DNA of 63,327 nt, the filler included, from Welwitschia mirabilis (Eukaryota), in the NCBI GenBank assembly GCA_051453625.1. It is 7 parts of one record of this genome, joined end to end, with 100 filler letters (N's around TTAATTAATTAA, not from the genome) between each part and the next. Parts side by side here need not be neighbours in the genome. Positions count along the whole stretch, not along the records: positions 61,895 to 63,327 come from JBOZIK010000001.1; 6 more parts are not named here. One strand, 5' to 3'. The notes beneath the pieces were generated by a model. It had not been told where the DNA came from and ran no database searches. It was given only the letters and a program-made list of their open reading frames with translations. Positions 61,895-63,327 of the stretch are shown here, piece after piece; the stretch's first letter is position 1; every line of letters starts with the position of its first letter. A program made the translations under genes and the position numbers.

Positions 61895-63327
61895 GGACAC
61901 GGGGAGGGGGGGTAAGGGGGGTTGAATAGGTTTTTTTCAAAACTTAAGCACAAATTTGAAATATTTAAATCTATCTAAAATATAACTTATATATGAAAAC
62001 AACCAAATCAAGAATGTACATACAATAATAAAAAAACTAAAAGTAAAGAATCAAATAAAATAAAATGCACAAATTACCAATTTCAATGCATTCTAGATTT
62101 ATAGTGGTTTGGAAACTTCCCTACTTTACTCTCTTAATGATCAACTTCTTCCAAGCTCGATCTTAGATTTTTGTTACTCCACAGGTTTTCTAAGTTCACC
62201 TATAATCCTTAAAAGTGAACTTTTATAGGCTAAGTCTCAACCTTTGCAACAGACTTTTACAGGATAAGTCTCAACCTTCAAAATGGACTTTTATAGGCTA
62301 CGTCTCAACATTTATAAGCAATAAATGTGATGTAGTGATGCCTTGATCACTCAGATATCACACGCTTTGTAGCAGTATAATGAATGGAGCTCTTCTCGAA
62401 TAGACTACAATGATAAAGCTCTTAGGTCCGATTTTAAATGAAGCTCTTATGCCAATGATAGATCTCCTTACTCAGATGTGAAGTAATACAATGATACATC
62501 AATGAAAGTAAACCTTAATATTTTATATCAATAATAATTATGCTAAATAAAAATAGTGCTAAAAGATCTCTAAGTCAATAATAGCATAGCTATTTATAAT
62601 GGAGGGTTAATAGGGTTTATTACAAATAAATTGCATCTTCAACAGCTTTAAATGGCTAGAAAATGACTAGTTAATAACTAGGAAATGGATACATAATGTT
62701 TAGAAATTTTTCTTTTCTTCGCTATCTAGTTGACCCCATAAAAATCCAGTCGACCCCATGTAATGCCGTGAATTACTCAAGTCACTCAAGAGAGAAATTT
62801 GATTACCTCAGGTTTTTACGTCTTTAAGTCCAGTCGANNNNNNNNNNNNNNNNNNNNNNNNNNNNNNNNNNNNNNNNNNNNNNNNNNNNNNNNNNNNNNN
62901 NNNNNNNNNNNNNNNNNNNNNNNNNNNNNNNNNNNNNNNNNNNNNNNNNNNNNNNNNNNNNNNNNNNNNNNNNNNNNNNNNNNNNNNNNNNNNNNNNNNN
63001 NNNNNNNNNNNNNNNNNNNNNNNNNNNNNNNNNNNNNNNNNNNNNNNNNNNNNNNNNNNCCCTTTAGGAGTCGGTCAACCCCCACTCGAGGGTAAATTAT
63101 CTCAGCATGTGTCTGATGCATATTTTGATTTAATTCTTCCAATTTATAAAACTCAATCTTATCTGCATAAAAGATATAACATTTGCACTATACAAGAGAT
63201 ATTAGTTTAACATCAATTGACAAATATAATCTAACAATCTTCCCCTTTAACATTGATGACAAACAAATAAGTGATTTTAAAACTTGAACAATTTTAAGCT
63301 CTTTCACTGAATAATTTTAGGTACATT
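61895..63327 (-). mobile_element. Sirevirus-like 3' LTR (~61895-63236) with PPT (63237-63248)
   Basis: Minus strand GTTTGTCATCAATGTTAAAGGGGAAGAT|TGTTAGATTATATTTGTC; GGGGGGTTGAATAGG end motif near 61915-61930; GTCGAC motifs retained; three ~32-34-bp ACTTTTATAGG..AAGTCTCAAC units at 62217-62310. Confidence 0.8.

Overview
This is AT-rich eukaryotic (flowering-plant) repeat DNA, not a prokaryotic locus. Six artificial 100-bp spacers (44 N + TTAATTAATTAA + 44 N) join seven separate scaffolds: 1-1987, 2088-21644, 21745-44498, 44599-54536, 54637-60045, 60146-61794 and 61895-63327. Adjacency across these spacers is not biological. Almost everything is decayed, nested LTR retrotransposon: Sirevirus-like Copia (iMet PBS, multiple PPTs, env-like ORF), Athila-like Gypsy (Asp-type PBS, extra ORFs), Tork/Tnt1-like Copia, a CRM-like fragment, a probable Tekay-like LTR and two hAT-like MITEs. 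I found no intact protein-coding gene. The only host-gene relic is a pseudogenised RLP51/RLP55-like LRR receptor-like protein (60181-60917). Most notable: (1) an Athila-like element with both an antisense ORF and an ~830-870-codon extra ORF, present as two inverted copies; (2) a scrambled RT/integrase junction with three strand switches in ~360 bp; (3) a PPT-LTR-PBS shared-LTR tandem; (4) a MITE sitting exactly at a Copia integrase/RT deletion; (5) a similar motif order in the extra ORFs of both Copia and Gypsy elements. I see no evidence for a wholly new biological system. Family assignments come from motif recognition by eye, not database searches.
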